Below the pieces are notes generated by a model. That model did no database searches. It worked only from the letters and a program-made list of their open reading frames with translations, and was not told where the DNA came from. Made by a program: the position numbers and the translations under genes. A stretch of DNA of 63,992 nucleotides, counting the filler, from Licmophora abbreviata (taxonomy: Eukaryota): NCBI GenBank assembly GCA_900291995.1. It is 13 parts of 13 records of this genome, joined end to end, with 100 filler letters (N's around TTAATTAATTAA, not from the genome) between each part and the next. Parts side by side here need not be neighbours in the genome. Positions count along the whole stretch, not along the records: positions 1 to 10,557 come from OLMU01004400.1; positions 10,658 to 14,495 come from OLMU01004401.1; 11 more parts are not named here. The stretch is one strand, 5' to 3'. Below, in pieces: positions 1-11,265 of this stretch (position 1 is its first letter; each line of letters begins with the position of its first letter).

Positions 1-595
1 GCTTGGAATTAGAACCAGAGGACCTTTTCGGATTGTATCATACAGGTGCATACGAACGGAACGTTGACAAGTTGCACAGCGTGTGAAGTTGATGTGAAGT
101 TTATAAAAATACTCAGACATTAAATTCAATCAACAACCTTTGCGAACACCGGCGTGGGCGCGATGTTGGGCAATTCGTCATCACTGTCGACATCATGTGT
201 TGCGACAACATCATGTTGCCTCTCTTTGCCCTTGCCTTTTTTGGTTCTACTGGCGTGGAGGATCCAACCTTGTTTGCCTTGGTTATCCTTTTCTGTGGGA
301 TCTCTTCGATGACGGCGGGAAGATTGCCTCCGGTGTTCGCACAATTCTGTAGTGTTACTTTTTAAAAATCGTGATAAAATTTTGGACGTGTGAAGTCGGG
401 TTAGGCAAGTCGAAAAAGAATGTCACAGCGTCCGTCATGACGTTTTGAGAGTGCTCTTCGCGTGCGAACGTGTTCTTCTCGAGTTTGAGATGAAGTTCAC
501 GCTTTTTCTTCTCCTTTTGCCATCTTCTCTTCACAACAACGGAACAGAACAATGAAAGACAAGCCTCACTGCTACGAGTAGTACTCAGGTCAATC

Positions 596-2386
596 ATGGT
601 GATGCGGCAACAGCCAATGCCCCTCACGCCCGACCCTCCGGAAGGTTCTCACAAGAAAGTTATCTACTTTGTCCGGCATGCCGAGGCGACGCACAATGTC
701 AAGGAGCGGGAAGCCATTCAGGCAGTGATTGCCGCGGGAGAAACCGACAAGGAGCGGCACGATCAGGCGCGACGAGCTGTTCTACGAGAAGACCCTTCTC
801 TCAAGGATGCTCCTCTCTCTGAGGATGGCACGGAACAGGCCCGAACGTCTGGTAGGAAACTGGAAGCTCTCTTTGGTTCCAGTCCGACGAACAGGAGTCG
901 ACGTTTGTCCCGGAGCAGAAGCGGCAGTAGTGCTACAGGATCCGCCTCTCCCTTTCGTCGTCCTGATGTGGTCCTTGTCTCGCCACTTCGTCGCGCGCTC
1001 ATGACTGCTACAGCTCTCTTTCTCCAGTCCGACGACGATGACACTACTGAGCCTGTCACGTTTTTGGCCATTGAAGCGCTGCGTGAGAAACGCACAGGCC
1101 TGGCGTGTGACGAACGCAGTTCCGTAGCCGAGCTGCGAATCGAATTTCCTCACGTTGATTTTAGTGATGTGGAACGTTGTATTCCTGTAGTGCCCATGGG
1201 AGAGAACAATGTGGCGGTGCGTGCTCGTGCGGCAGAATTCTTGGACACGCGCCTCGCGGCTGTCCCGGGCCAGTACCTGGCCATTGTCAGTCACAAGGGG
1301 TTTCTCCGAGAGCAGCGCAAGATATTGAAAAATAGAGTGGAGGCTGACTTGCTCCGTGCAAACTTTGATGTCAACGAGTGGGACAAGACGCTCTACGGAA
1401 ATGCCGAGGTGCGTGTGGCAGCGTTGCGATGGCAAGACGGCGAGTTGATCTCTGTCGTGTCGAGAAGTGTGGATAATGCCATGCTTGCTTCAGCGGCCAT
1501 GGTGGGCGATGGCTTTGAATTCGCGCTCGGCCCTCCTTCGTCTGGATTTTCCATTTTCTTGGCCGACCGCACCACCAAGGTGCACTTCATAAGCATTGCG
1601 GAGGGCAGGCACAATATTGCGATTCGAGATGCGGCGGACGACTTGTCTCCGGATGGAGCGAATGGCAGTAACTCGGCCCACGCCGAAGCCTTCTTACTGA
1701 GAGAAGAGGACAAGTTACCGTCCGAGCACCCCCTTCACGATGCCAGCTTGACTCGAAAAGGTGTTCGTCAGGCGATCAAGCTGAGGGAGATGCTCGCAAA
1801 GCGTCCGTCGGGCGGGCGACCTTTTACGGCATTTGATCTCGTGATTGTCTCGCCTCTCACACGAGCGTGCGAGACGGCTCAGCATATCTTTAGCAAGACT
1901 CCAGGGACGTACGGCGGCGTCGAAATCCCTCCACCCAAGATCTTGGTGTGGGAAGAATGTCGCGAACGGTACGGACGATATGTCTGCGACGGTCGTAGAT
2001 CGGTGGCGGAGTTGACGGAGGAGTTTCGGGCGTTTGATTTCTCCGAGATGCCCAGTGATCAGGACGATCTTCATGGTGACGAGCGCGAGTCTGGCGTAGA
2101 AATCCGAGAGCGTGCGCTTCGGCTGCTGGAATGGCTCAGTGCGAGGCCGGAGCGGTGCATTGCAGTCGTCACCCACTCGGAATTCCTTCGTCATTTGTTC
2201 GGCCAGTTTGGCGATACTCTGCATGAGGAGGATCGAAGTATTCTACAACGAACGGCGGGAAATTGTGAGCTAAGGTCGGTAGTGTTATGCTCTCACGGAG
2301 CTGTGGAGCGGGAGGAGATGGACGCTCCGGCGTCGACGATTCGAGTACCTTCGTGCTCGAGTCTAGGTTCTCTGGTGTCAATGTAG
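596..2386 (+). CDS. Tandem two-domain histidine phosphatase (phosphoglycerate mutase-like) protein
   Basis: 596-aa ORF. Domain 1 has YFVRHAEATHN, DAPLS, SPLRRALMTA and VSHKGFL. Domain 2 has FISIAEGRHN, DASLT, SPLTRACETA and VTHSEFL. These are branch-1 histidine phosphatase motifs, present twice. Confidence 0.85.
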   Translation: MVMRQQPMPLTPDPPEGSHKKVIYFVRHAEATHNVKEREAIQAVIAAGETDKERHDQARRAVLREDPSLKDAPLSEDGTEQARTSGRKLEALFGSSPTNRSRRLSRSRSGSSATGSASPFRRPDVVLVSPLRRALMTATALFLQSDDDDTTEPVTFLAIEALREKRTGLACDERSSVAELRIEFPHVDFSDVERCIPVVPMGENNVAVRARAAEFLDTRLAAVPGQYLAIVSHKGFLREQRKILKNRVEADLLRANFDVNEWDKTLYGNAEVRVAALRWQDGELISVVSRSVDNAMLASAAMVGDGFEFALGPPSSGFSIFLADRTTKVHFISIAEGRHNIAIRDAADDLSPDGANGSNSAHAEAFLLREEDKLPSEHPLHDASLTRKGVRQAIKLREMLAKRPSGGRPFTAFDLVIVSPLTRACETAQHIFSKTPGTYGGVEIPPPKILVWEECRERYGRYVCDGRRSVAELTEEFRAFDFSEMPSDQDDLHGDERESGVEIRERALRLLEWLSARPERCIAVVTHSEFLRHLFGQFGDTLHEEDRSILQRTAGNCELRSVVLCSHGAVEREEMDAPASTIRVPSCSSLGSLVSM

Positions 2387-2560
2387 GATCAAGAATTGCC
2401 GTAGGATCAGGGTGACTCCGTTCCCTCTTTCGTGGTAATAGCGAGGTTTTTCTTGCATGTCTCCCGCTCAACTTAGGGTTTGTAACTCGTGACTGGAGTG
2501 GTCGGCTTACCCGTGACTCGTTTTCTAAACCCGCCGCCTGCCGCGACGTTCGATTTCGAC

Positions 2561-4612
2561 ATGAGCACCGACGGCTCCCCAACGCAACCCATCCCATCCA
2601 CCGTCTCTATTCTTCATGAGCCTCAAGCCGCTCTTCTAAAGCCCACAATGAGAACTGTAGCTAGTGACGGCGACGAGGCGTCGGTCGAAACGACGCTACA
2701 TGCACTCGCAGATCACTTTTCGCAGCCCATTCACGCTAACCCTGATGCAGGCGGGCACAAAGATGCTCCGTACTTTGACGCACTCTTGGGCGGTCCCACG
2801 CCCTCCTTTTCGCCCGTGACACAGCACTTGTGGGATGAATTACAGCATAGAGACAGTCAGACTACAATACTGGTGTGGCTGGGGGGCTATGGACGACAGA
2901 TTCGACCCTGTCTGATACAGAACGAGAACGTGCCTGATTGGAGCCGGTTGGGAAGTGCAATTGTTGTTTTGCAGCAGTATGAACTGATTCTCACAAGATT
3001 ACGTGGACGAGAAAAAGAGGGACAAACTGCTCGAAGATCTACTGAAACGAACAGTGAACTAGTGCTGTCTGAGACCATGCAGCTACTGGCCGGCGACATC
3101 TCTGTATGGACGACACGTCCTCCCGAAACCGAGGACGTAGTCGCGTCTACCAAGCTCATATCAAATCAGCTACTTCCAATATTGTTGCGGCTACTCTATC
3201 ATGCCTTGCACCTCTCCGACGACTTTTTCCCACGCACTCAGTCCTCCGTCTTGCGGCGCTGCACCATCTCATTGTTGGCATTCGGCGTACCACGCATAGG
3301 TCCTGCGTCGCTTGCCCCGGCCGTTCGCGAGTCCTTGAATCACGTGGTGTACACATTCAATGTGGTTCAAGACACGAATGGTGCTGAAGATGAGAAGATA
3401 CCAATCGGGGACACATGGGTCGACTTGACCAAGCTCGAACTGAACGGAGCCGCTTGGGATGATCCATTGACAGGGATTGCCAGTCGAGCAGCACAAAGTT
3501 GCTGGGAGGCGTTGCTTGAGAGTGAACTTGCAGACCCTGACCGCGACAGTGAAAACCGCTCAGTCCGTCAGAACGTAGTTCGGTCCCTTGGAATGCAGGA
3601 ACTCGCTCTTTTTATTCGAGCCAACTTCTTTGGTCGCCGCGGCCAAGAGGTTGCAGCTTCCCGGCAACCGCCCCCCAAGTATCCGCTCCCACTGCCAACC
3701 CTCGAACCAGAGAAGGCGTACAAACAGAGTCCATCTCGCATTCATGCTGCACTGCATTTCATCTCGCTGCTTCAATGCCCTTCCTCGAGCGTTCTCGCCG
3801 AAGTGCTACCTATTTGCTACGAGCTGCTCGAGAAGGTGGCATATGAAGCAGTTGCAGCGTCGGCCATTGTGCATCTTTTGGAGGCTCAGCCAGATCGTCA
3901 ACAGTGGGAAAACTTTCAGGATACATTGCTATCTGTTCTGGAAATGGCCATCATCCGCAAAGGTCCTGGAGTGATTTTTGCTGCTATGGCACAGAGTCAT
4001 GCCTTTGCTATGTGTACGGAGCGACGCCCACAGCGTCGCAAGGCAACGCACGAGCTCTTGATACTGATACGTCGCATGTCCGCTAACGAAAGTGATCCTG
4101 ATGGGACTGTGACTGGTCTGTTGCTATGTGGTGTGATTCCTTTGTTGCGACAACACTCTGACGAGCCCAACGCCGATGCACTCGAGCTTGGACGACTCGG
4201 TCTCGACGCGTTGCTACCTCTGCTGCGATGGGACGGTGTGCCACGGGTCCAGCTGACCGGTTTGGTGGCACTACGATGCTTGTTGATCGGTGCGTATCCT
4301 GTCATGCCACGGCACGCTGGGAAAGTCATATGCGAGCTTCTCGCTTGCCTCGGTCATACGAGTCGCTGTATAGCAGATGAAGACGCCAGCGAACCGGAGG
4401 TCGAGCTGCGGGAGTCTATTTTGGAGGTTGGGCAGCATGTTGCCAGCCTAGCTGTCATGATTTGTGGAAAGAAAGCCAGTGCCATCCTAGATCAGGTGGA
4501 ACACGGCGGGAATTATGACAAGACTCTTGTGAAACATGTCGGTGCCGTCCGAAAGCTCGCAGAAGGTCTGACTAATGTGACGGATAAAGACACTGATCGT
4601 GGAAAAGAATAG
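2561..4612 (+). CDS. Helical-repeat protein, possibly TTI2 (Tel2-interacting protein 2)-like
   Basis: Long ORF with first ATG at 2561. It is Leu/Ala-rich and helical, and the C-terminal LRCLLIGAYPVMPRHAGKVICELL resembles the Tti2 'WPR..H' segment. Family assignment is tentative. Confidence 0.5.
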   Translation: MSTDGSPTQPIPSTVSILHEPQAALLKPTMRTVASDGDEASVETTLHALADHFSQPIHANPDAGGHKDAPYFDALLGGPTPSFSPVTQHLWDELQHRDSQTTILVWLGGYGRQIRPCLIQNENVPDWSRLGSAIVVLQQYELILTRLRGREKEGQTARRSTETNSELVLSETMQLLAGDISVWTTRPPETEDVVASTKLISNQLLPILLRLLYHALHLSDDFFPRTQSSVLRRCTISLLAFGVPRIGPASLAPAVRESLNHVVYTFNVVQDTNGAEDEKIPIGDTWVDLTKLELNGAAWDDPLTGIASRAAQSCWEALLESELADPDRDSENRSVRQNVVRSLGMQELALFIRANFFGRRGQEVAASRQPPPKYPLPLPTLEPEKAYKQSPSRIHAALHFISLLQCPSSSVLAEVLPICYELLEKVAYEAVAASAIVHLLEAQPDRQQWENFQDTLLSVLEMAIIRKGPGVIFAAMAQSHAFAMCTERRPQRRKATHELLILIRRMSANESDPDGTVTGLLLCGVIPLLRQHSDEPNADALELGRLGLDALLPLLRWDGVPRVQLTGLVALRCLLIGAYPVMPRHAGKVICELLACLGHTSRCIADEDASEPEVELRESILEVGQHVASLAVMICGKKASAILDQVEHGGNYDKTLVKHVGAVRKLAEGLTNVTDKDTDRGKE

Positions 4613-4651
4613 AACTAGAATTGCAACATGGAGCTAACATTAATCACGTAA

Positions 4652-6818
4652 TTATCTTGACGATTCGAACTCTTTATTTTCATTCTCTTCTTGTTGTTGT
4701 TGTCGCTCCAAGTCGATCCCGTCCTCGTTCTCGAGAGCCTTGGAGTTCGTATCGCCACGAAGCGACACCGCCAGCGTATCCAGTTGGTGGAGGCACCAGT
4801 TGACTGCATTGTGAATAGTGACAAAGATGTGTTCTTCGCCCACTTCTTCTGCCAGCCGACTCGTTCGAAATCGTTCCATGACTTGCACAGACGGATTGCT
4901 AAAGCACAAAGTAATTCCACGATCCTTGTACACTTGCAGCATATCGTGCAGCATGTGCAGTCCACTTGTATCGACATGTGACGACGGGACTCAAATCCAG
5001 CACAACGTACTTGACAGTGTCCACGCTTTCCTTTCGCTCCTCGAGCAGCTGTTCCGCCGCCTGCTCGTACTTTTCAAGTTTTTCCCGGACGCTCTGAGTA
5101 TTGGCAAAGTATAACGGAGCGTCGATACGAACCGCCACAATCCCATCATAGCGTTCTGCTTCTGGATACTGCTTGACGTTGCGATAGACAGTCGACCCTG
5201 GCAAACGTCCCAGCACAGCTGTTTGAGGAACCGCCGACTCGTAAATAACCAATAGAAGCGAGGTTCCAACAGAAATTGCTAGTCCGATCTCGACACCCAA
5301 AAACATGGTCCCGATACATGCAATAAGCCATACACAAAAGTCAAACTTGTGCACCTTGAACAAGTAAATGCCCTCCTCGTAATCTAGGAGTCCAATCACT
5401 CCCGAAATGACAATGGCCGCGAGCACACAGAGCGGAAGGTTCTCAAACACAGACGTCAACAATAAAAGTACAATTCCGACCAAAGTGGCTGTCACCATGC
5501 CGCTGATTCCACTTTGCGCTCCGCTCTCATTGTTGACGGCGCTTCGACTAAAGCTGCCCGTGACGGGATAGCTGTGAAACATGGCACCGAGAAAGTTGGC
5601 CATGCCGAGTCCAATCAGTTCGAGCGAACTGTCTAGCTCATACTTGTGTTTGCTGGCGAGCTGTTTGGCAATAGCAATAGACTCCATAAAGCCGACAATC
5701 GTGATGGAAACAACAACAAGGCTGAGCTGGCTGATATCTGGAATCGGAGTCCACAGGTCCCCCGTGAAGGGCGGCAGTCCTTTTGGAATCGTCCCAACAA
5801 TCGGAATGCCATTGGAGCCAAGATCAAATCCCCACGTCAGTGCAATCGTCGCAATCGTCACAGTCAAGGGTCCCAGCGCTCGCATCCACTTGAGCCTGGG
5901 AAAAGTCTTTCCACAATACTTCATGGCCACCAATGTGATGATACTGGCCATGCCCATCAAGAATGTCTTGTAGTTAAAGTCCGACAAGCCCTCAATTAGA
6001 TTCTTGATAATGTCATGCAAGACTTTGCTGTTCTCAATGTCATACCCCAATATGTACTTGAGCTGGGACATACCAATAATGACGGCAGCTCCTGTGGTAA
6101 AGCCACTGACTACTGCATGGGACAGGAAGATGGTGACAAAGCCAAGTCTCAATATTCCCATGACAATATAGGACAGGCCGACAAGAAAGGCTGTCTGAAT
6201 GGACAATATATTGTAGCGCTCCTGGTAGGCAGGGTCGTCCTCTGCAATACCGGTAGAGTTCATAACGCCCGACAGTCCGTTACTCAAGAGAAGACTAATC
6301 AACGCGACAGGTCCAACAGCGAGCTGACGTGAGCTGCCAAAGAGCGCGTAGGCAAAGACGGGCACCAAGGACGAGTAGAGGCCAAATTCGACAGGGAGGC
6401 CAGCAAGCTTGGCGTAGGACATGCTCTGCGGGACAATCATGACGCCGACTGTGCATCCAGCAACGAAATCTTTGGGCAATGTGGATTTCCACTTGTAGTT
6501 CTGAAGCCACTTGTAACAAGGTAAAAAGGTTTCGGTCCACTGGGAAGGAGTCTTCCGGTGGAGTTCATTTCGGAAGGAGTGCAGTGCCTTGCCGCAGGTT
6601 TTGGACGCTTTGGAGCGCGGGGAGCGTTCCGGCACTCGGTGAAGCGTGTTTTGCTTGCCATCATTGGATATGTGTAGCAAATTGCGGCGATGAACTGAAA
6701 CAAAGCCAGTCTGATCACAGCACGGCGACGAAGACGTTGTGGAGCTCGAGTCGCTGCTGCGAGCCGTTGTGCTCAGCGTCTGGTCGCCACCGCCTGAGGA
6801 GTCCTTGAGGAAGTCCAT
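4652..6818 (-). CDS. SLC26/SulP anion (sulfate/bicarbonate) transporter with C-terminal STAS domain; one-base frameshift near 4982
   Basis: Contains PQSMSYAKLAGLP, GLYSS, FGSSRQLAVGP, GFTTGAA, GSFSRSAVN and DAPLYFAN. The STAS motif DLSPV-(S)HVDTSGLHML is split between ORFs 4899..6818 and 4652..4954 by one extra base. Confidence 0.92.
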
Positions 6819-7172
6819 GGCACTGCGGGATTGAGCAGGAAGGCTGTGGAAACGAGATTAATGAATGCGGGTAGGTACCAAGAGAAACTCAAACTACTGC
6901 TTTCAACTTGTAACTTTGAAACTATCGACCTCGCTGCACCAGACGTTGAACGCCGCGGCGTAGAACGGAAATTTCATTATGTGAAAAGACCCGACCGTTC
7001 CACCAATCGAAATCTGTCGCGTAGAGTCTACGTGTTTTCTAATACTGACGTACATACAAGGTATTGAAGTTAACATCGCGCGAAAAACCAATGCCGGCCA
7101 CGTTCTTTGTTTTTTCGAGCTCTGGGGAAATCGACCTCGCCTATGTCGACTCAATCGACTAACGTTTTGTGA

Positions 7173-7389
7173 AGTCGAGTGAGTCACCTCCTTCCACACC
7201 TGCTGCTCCGCGTCGTCCCCTACATCAGCCCTTTCCCTTATCTTCAAGGCACTGTGTTTATCTGCTGGTATGATACCGTGTAGTGTCATGCGATCGCGAT
7301 TGGCACTACTTGTACTGGTTCGACGAGGAAGATTGCAGAGAGTGCATGATCTGAGTCGAGTGAGTCGATCATGGGCAGTCGAGTGAGTC
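7173..7389. promoter_or_regulatory. Three exact copies of AGTCGAGTGAGTC upstream of the SLC26 gene
   Basis: Copies at 7173-7185, 7354-7366 and 7377-7389. The same 13-mer occurs at 16921-16933. A regulatory role is inferred only. Confidence 0.45.
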
Positions 7390-7872
7390 GATTTGACGAT
7401 CGCCCACCTCGCGGAAGATTGTCTGTCGCATGCGACATTCTCATAACAGTTTGGATTGATTCGATTTATTCCACGCGCGGCGACCATAAAAACTCAAAAC
7501 CTTTCATCATCATTGCAATCCCATGACCAAAGCATAATAAGTACCACCGTATCATATCGTACAATAGCTACATTGTACAATGTCAAGAGCTAGGTCTTGA
7601 TACAAGGAAGCCATGGTATGTTTCTGTTTTAATATTATACTAGAGGTATGATAGTTCAATCCATACAAACTACCGATAACTATCAATTCCACACAGGATA
7701 CCAAACCATAGCTCTTTCGTTTCAGGGCACGTCGTCGCTCCCAGGGCTTCAAACCCTGGCCGACATTGGACGTCACAACCGACTGCATCGATCATCCATA
7801 ACCGAGAGGCGAGAGAAAAAGCAGCTCGTTGCTGCTGAACATCAGTGAAATTGTACATCGTAGTACACACAA

Positions 7873-8983
7873 TCAATCGGAACCGTGGAGGACACTTCGC
7901 GGCGAAGTTGACCGAGCGCCGTGACCCGGGAACTGCTCCGTATAGTAGGTCCAGACATGCAGAAAAGTAGGCTCAATCGCAGACTCTTCGTATCCCGTCA
8001 ATCGAACCAATTCGGGTCTCCAGCGCGGCTCGAGTTGCAGGGCCACCCGCGATGCGAGCAAGATGGCAGCAGCCAGCTGGGTGGGCAGGTACTGCTGGAA
8101 GGTGTACTCCTGGAGGGTCAGATTGCAAAAGAAGTCAGCATACTTCTTCACGTATCGCGGAATCTTCTCGATGAGACCACGTCCCTGCCATGTATCGTTC
8201 TCAAAGGTCACACCCTTTGCAAGGAAGTAGCCAATCACATGCAGAGGGGGAACCGCACGCAGTCGCCATCCAAGCTGCCGGAGGACTTCCAGCTCTCCTT
8301 CTCGGAAAGATAGAGATGTATGGCCCGCAAGGTTGAGCTTGGTCAGCTGAAGCAAGTCTGGAATCTGCGGACAATGCTCTTCGGCCTCTTCGTACTTGGC
8401 TGCGACGCTGATACACGCAGTAGCGAGGAGCTGCCATTGGGCGCGGGGGACCACTCGCGAACGAAACATCTTGTCGAGAAAGAGGACAGCAACGTGGACA
8501 GTGCTGTTGTGGAGGTGGAACTGGTCCCCGACGTCGCTCATCCAGTCAACCAAGTATCGGCGGTATGGAAGGTAAGCCGAGCTCGGAGCAAAGGCGGTAG
8601 GAGATACAAAGTCGACCTGTCGTTCGTGCATGTCGAGATAAAGGTCCTCCGTGCACACGTTGAGGACTTCATCGATCGTTTCCTGCGTTACGCGAGTGTC
8701 AAGTAACGGAGTTGAAACGGGTAGCAATATCATGTGCAACATAGGGAATCATGCGGAGAAATCAAATTTATATGTTTTGATGGAAAGGAACGGAGGCAAA
8801 CAATTAGCAACAATGAGTATACAGAATATACAGCTCTGGAATATATATTACAAATTTCAAAGGCCCACGACAAATTTCGAGGACTCCCCCGCGCGGTCAC
8901 CGCCAAAAATGGCGGAATGGTCACGCAAGCAGTTCGACACTCACCTCGATGCCGTAAGGTTTCGATGGCATACTATCATCCAT
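7873..8983 (-). CDS. Cyclin, probably of the diatom-specific cyclin type; exons 8983-8945 and 8682-7873
   Basis: Cyclin box RRYLVDWMSDV..VHVAVLFLDK..QLLATACISVAAKYEE and C-terminal fold YLPTQLAAAILLASR. A GTGAGT...CAG intron at 8944-8683 joins MDDSMPSKPYGIE in frame. Further upstream exons are possible. Confidence 0.88.
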
Positions 8984-10112
8984 GCCGTCGGGAAATACCC
9001 GCTGTATTGAAGGTCTCCAGGAGGAATTGCCGTCCTTCTGCATCGGAGGGAAGAGAAAGGCGAAAATGAAGCGTGAGTATTCGAAGATTTGAATGGATGA
9101 ATTGGAATAGGCAAATTGCGTACAGCACTACGAAATAGACATTTGCGCGTTCGGAGACGCCATGGCGGTCGAGACCACACACCGGCAGCATTACGCCAGA
9201 ACCAGAGCCGTTCCATGCGACCAACGCGGCGCCATGATGATCGCATGAGTCCAGGAGGAGTAATCACGTGAAAGGAACTGTAGCAAAGCGCTCTGCCGTC
9301 TAGATTTTCAAAACGCATCACGAAGTGTCTGACAGAACGACCATTCACTTCCGTTCTCGTTTTCTCGGACTTCGCCACACCCGAAGCTTCCAACAATGCT
9401 TCTCCTCACCTTGATGGGCATAAAGCCACAGTCTGTGGGCAGATCTGGTGCCCCGATAGTCTTCATTGTTGCGCGACACTCTTGTTGGCACGTCGTTGAC
9501 CGTTCCAGTCAAGATTGTGTACCACATGCTTGTGGCTTGCGCGAGTTCCTTCTTGGTTTGAATCGATCTAGTCATGTGGTGGTACACAGTGTACGTAGCC
9601 CGCAGATTTTTGGCTCATTATTGTCTAGTCGGCTATATAGCTTTATGTAGCCTCTACGACACCCCGCGCAAAATTCAAATCTTGGGTTCCATTTTGAACA
9701 TTTAAACACATTCAGTCTTGTAGTAAATTTTCAGAAAGAGGGACATTTTAGCATTGATTCAGTTTTACGTTAGTGTCAGTATTAAGTGTACGTGAGTCGT
9801 ATGTAAAAACCATGGCCATAAGTAGGAATCTTCCGAAAATTTTAGCGCGACTTCAAAAATTTCGAAAAATGGCGCGCGAAGAGTGGCACACTCCTTGACG
9901 GCAACGCTCGATAACTGACACAATGTGTCTGACAAGAACTGACATCTGCTTCGTTGAAGAGGACGTCAGGGAAGCAGACTCCTACCGAATTGAATTGAAC
10001 TCGAATGAAGCCGGTTGGAAGGAGAACCACGGTTTGAGAGACCGTCCCTCTCGCTGAATCGAATCGAAGCTCCAATTGCACACCATGAACCGCCGCGCAG
10101 TCGACAGCCGAA

Positions 10113-10557
10113 ATGAATCGATCAGGAGTTACCAGTACTTGTACCAACGCTCTCGAGACAATCTGGTTCGGCACTGTCTCCAGGGAAAATCTTGCTATTG
10201 CTCTTTGGGTTGAGGCTCTGCTATGGATCAGCGTGCTGTCCTTCGGTGCATCTTTGTTGGAGCACGACTGGCTTTCGAACGTATTGCACGCCTTGGACTC
10301 CACGGTCGCATTGATTTTTCTGTTTCGTCTTCTATGGACTGTACTGTGCCGCCACCTTATTCCTTGGAGACTTCTTGATTGCCTTCCTCGCCGTCGTGTC
10401 ACTGTGTCGACGCCCGGCGGACGGTACTGGCACAGAATGTGGCATGCGACAATGCGGGACATTCGGATGTCAGACTGGATTTCTGAGTCTCGGGAGGCTA
10501 CTCGGGTAAACGTCGGCCGGGCGTGGCTTCGATTCCTTATACTTCTGGAGCGGCACG
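10113..10557 (+). CDS. Hypothetical membrane protein, truncated by gap
   Basis: ORF with two hydrophobic stretches that runs into the N spacer. No recognised family. Confidence 0.3.
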
Positions 10558-10657
10558 NNNNNNNNNNNNNNNNNNNNNNNNNNNNNNNNNNNNNNNNNNN
10601 NTTAATTAATTAANNNNNNNNNNNNNNNNNNNNNNNNNNNNNNNNNNNNNNNNNNNN
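10558..10657. other. Artificial contig spacer N44-TTAATTAATTAA-N44 (first of 12)
   Basis: Identical spacers start at about 10558, 14496, 17013, 20955, 22816, 24210, 25727, 27329, 39920, 50364, 59978 and 62686. TTAATTAATTAA gives stop codons in all six frames. Confidence 0.97.
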
Positions 10658-11265
10658 CCTCTTCTACGTGTCCTCAAAGATGGTCCGACGAGCTGTAGAC
10701 TAGGTCTTTTCTTTCTTAATAGATCTCAGTTGGCCTCGCTCCACCACAATCGAGTCAGTCGTCTGCCTGAAGCCTGCGTTATTCACGAACCATGCGTAGT
10801 CTTCTCTAGATACTCGTATCTGGTATTCTACTATTTGCGAGGACAAGAAAGAAAATCTTCATGGCTCCGCGATCCATTCTGTCTATGCTTTCTTGTTACC
10901 CCGTTGAAAACTGGTGAGTAGACCTAGATGGGAGGCTATTGGAAACCTGCCCATGTGACCATGAGAGTGTGTGAGTCGAGTCAGTCGAGTCGAGTCCTCC
11001 ATTTTCGATTTTCGAGCCTGACCAGGCTTCGAGCTTTCCTTGGAAAAAGCTCGCATCAATGATGAAAAAAGAAAAAAATGAAAACGGCTCGGTTCTCGCC
11101 AACAGTTCAATCATAACAAAAGGGCCCTGACCATGTTGTACAAACGACTTCGTTCGACAGCTTGAAGATTCTTCTTCAACATCTTAGGGTCATAAATCAT
11201 ATTCGCGCAGTCGTTCGGTGCAGCTGGAAACGGCCGCACGACGTAGTAGACGGAACTTGGGGAAA

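Noticed and set aside
10602..10613. TTAATTAATTAA recurring 12 times at intervals, superficially like a repeat array
   Set aside because: It is always centred in fixed-length N runs. It is an artificial six-frame-stop contig linker, not biology.
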